Below are positions 62,680 to 64,000 of a DNA stretch of 64,000 nucleotides, piece after piece (position 1 is the stretch's first letter; the number at the start of each line of letters is the position of its first letter). The notes beneath the pieces are model-generated. The model saw only the letters and a program-made list of their open reading frames with translations, had not been told where the DNA came from and made no database searches. The stretch is from an uncultured Candidatus Saccharibacteria bacterium. GTDB lineage: Bacteria; Patescibacteriota; Minisyncoccia; Phycocordibacterales; PALSA-1337. The position numbers and the translations under genes are program-made. The stretch spans positions 3,089 through 67,088 of the forward strand of contig CAZIVT010000002.1 in assembly GCA_964543075.1 (NCBI GenBank). The letters are read 5' to 3'.

Positions 62680-63987
62680 ATGTCGAAGCCGCACATCGTC
62701 ATACTCGGCGCAGGGTTCGGAGGTACCTATGTGGCACAGAAGCTCGTCCCGTATGCAAAGAAGGGGATGATCGAGCTTACGATCGTCAATCGCACCAACT
62801 ACTTCCTCTTCACGCCACTCCTTCACGAAGTCGCCACGGGCGCGCTATCTCCGACATCGGTCGCCGAGCCGCTTCGAGAGATATTCGCGGGTACGGGAGT
62901 CCATATCGTCCAGGGTACAGTCGAATCTATCGACCGTACCGCTCGCGTGGTGGAGATCGGAGGCCATTTGAGCATGAGACCCATCTCCTATGACTACCTA
63001 GTCATAGCTACCGGTTCGCAGACCAACTATTTCGGCGTTCCTGGCGCAGACCGATATTCATATCCACTCAAAGATCTCTCTGATGCCGCACGCATCCGTT
63101 CGCAAGTCATAGATTCGTTCGAGCAGGCGATCCTCGTCGATGATCCGTCCGAACGTGCCCGTCTGCTATCTTTTGCAGTCGTCGGTGGAGGGGCTACCGG
63201 CGTAGAGACAGCAGCCGAGCTGGCCGAGCTCGTGCATTCTATGGTCCATAGATATTACGGCGCTACGGCAGGATGTCATCCGGGAGATCCGCGCACATGC
63301 CGTCCCGAAGAGCCGTTCGTCACGCTCATCCACATGGGTTCACACGTGTTAGAGATGTTCTCGCCTCCGCTCAGATCTGCCGCTGAGCGCCGCCTGCGCC
63401 AGGCGGGCGTCGACCTTCAGCTTGAGAGCATCGTCTCTGAAGTCTCTCCTGCAGGACTTCTCCTCAAATCAGGATCTAGGATCCCTGCCGCTACCGTCAT
63501 CTGGACTGCTGGTGTCAAGCCGGTCATCCCTCGATTCCGAAATGAGACCCCCACACTGGTCGCGGGTCGTCTCGTCGTCGATGGGCAGTTCCGTGTTGCC
63601 GGCGATGCGTGCGTCTTCGCTCTCGGCGATGTTGCAGGATATATAGATCCTGACCGTCTCCAAGCGGATCCCGCCGCTCGTCCTGTTCCGATGCTCGCGC
63701 AGGTCGCGAGCGCTCAATCGGCCATAGTCGCACGCAACCTGATCGCCTCGATCCGAGGTATTGAGCTGACCACGTTCCATTATCATTCCAAAGGGAGCAT
63801 GGTGTCGGTGGGGCAGTGGTTCGCATTAGGAGAGATCTTCTCTCTCAACATAGCCGGTCGCTTGACATGGTGGCTCTGGCGCACGCTCTATCTTTTCAAA
63901 TTCGCTTCATGGAAGAAGCGTTTCCGCATCGCTTTCGAATGGGCTCTCGAGCTCGTCTCCCCGCGTGATATCACCAAGCTGACATGA
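62680..63987 (+). CDS. ndh: Type II NADH dehydrogenase (NDH-2)
   Basis: IVILGAGFGGTY (first GxGxxG), FTPLLHEVATG, and a second dinucleotide fold VVGGGATGVE. TACAAT-N7-ATG. Confidence 0.88.
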   Translation: MSKPHIVILGAGFGGTYVAQKLVPYAKKGMIELTIVNRTNYFLFTPLLHEVATGALSPTSVAEPLREIFAGTGVHIVQGTVESIDRTARVVEIGGHLSMRPISYDYLVIATGSQTNYFGVPGADRYSYPLKDLSDAARIRSQVIDSFEQAILVDDPSERARLLSFAVVGGGATGVETAAELAELVHSMVHRYYGATAGCHPGDPRTCRPEEPFVTLIHMGSHVLEMFSPPLRSAAERRLRQAGVDLQLESIVSEVSPAGLLLKSGSRIPAATVIWTAGVKPVIPRFRNETPTLVAGRLVVDGQFRVAGDACVFALGDVAGYIDPDRLQADPAARPVPMLAQVASAQSAIVARNLIASIRGIELTTFHYHSKGSMVSVGQWFALGEIFSLNIAGRLTWWLWRTLYLFKFASWKKRFRIAFEWALELVSPRDITKLT

Positions 63988-64000
63988 CCGTCTTCTCGAC

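Overview
This 64-kb window looks like a small-genome Patescibacteria/CPR-type bacterium. That placement is inferred from gene content: a secretin-less type IV pilus cluster, ComFC, many large secreted proteins and very short intergenic regions.

**Layout**
- 1 to ~11.66 kb: a visibly AT-richer integrated island. It carries a copper-resistance operon (CsoR, YHS protein, beta-propeller, CPH-type P1B ATPase, multicopper oxidase), a Cro/CI-like switch with palindromic operators, a replication-like winged-helix protein and a large serine recombinase that abuts tRNA-Ser(GCT).
- 11.7-12.1 kb: a GIY-YIG ORF lies between the intact tRNA-Ser and a decayed 5' copy of the same tRNA.
- 12.2-15.6 kb: LysE, TyrS and ComFC.
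- 15.8-28.6 kb: a complete pilus locus (PilM/N/O, PilB, response regulator, PilT, PilC, major pilin, PilD, four to five minor pilins). It is invaded by a RAYT transposase and its 36-44 bp perfect-palindrome REP elements.
- 28.6-37.6 kb: LigA, GatC, GatA, five tRNAs, RF2 and FtsEX.
- 37.6-54 kb: a surface-protein region. It holds a tail-fibre-like protein with an S74 chaperone domain, a double BNR-propeller giant with a 771-bp perfect internal duplication, a paralogous adhesin-like module, and dockerin and cohesin proteins.
- 54-64 kb: PyrG, tRNA-Gln, a Zur/CooC-like/ZIP metal module, YibE/F and NDH-2.

**Most unusual signals**
1. Short AT-rich word-repeat and CCCGCC..GGCGGG hairpin elements fill the intergenic regions. 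The same elements also sit in frame inside ligA, gatA and pyrG, similar to Rickettsia palindromic elements.
2. REP palindromes are translated as part of two prepilin leader peptides.
3. 5' fragments of tRNA-Ser and tRNA-Gln are duplicated upstream of the intact genes and are interrupted by the same mini-elements.
4. A recurrent TAnnnT-N6-8-ATG arrangement implies leaderless mRNAs.

No rRNA genes, CRISPR arrays or reverse transcriptases were seen. All calls come from reading the sequence and the supplied ORF translations; no searches were run.
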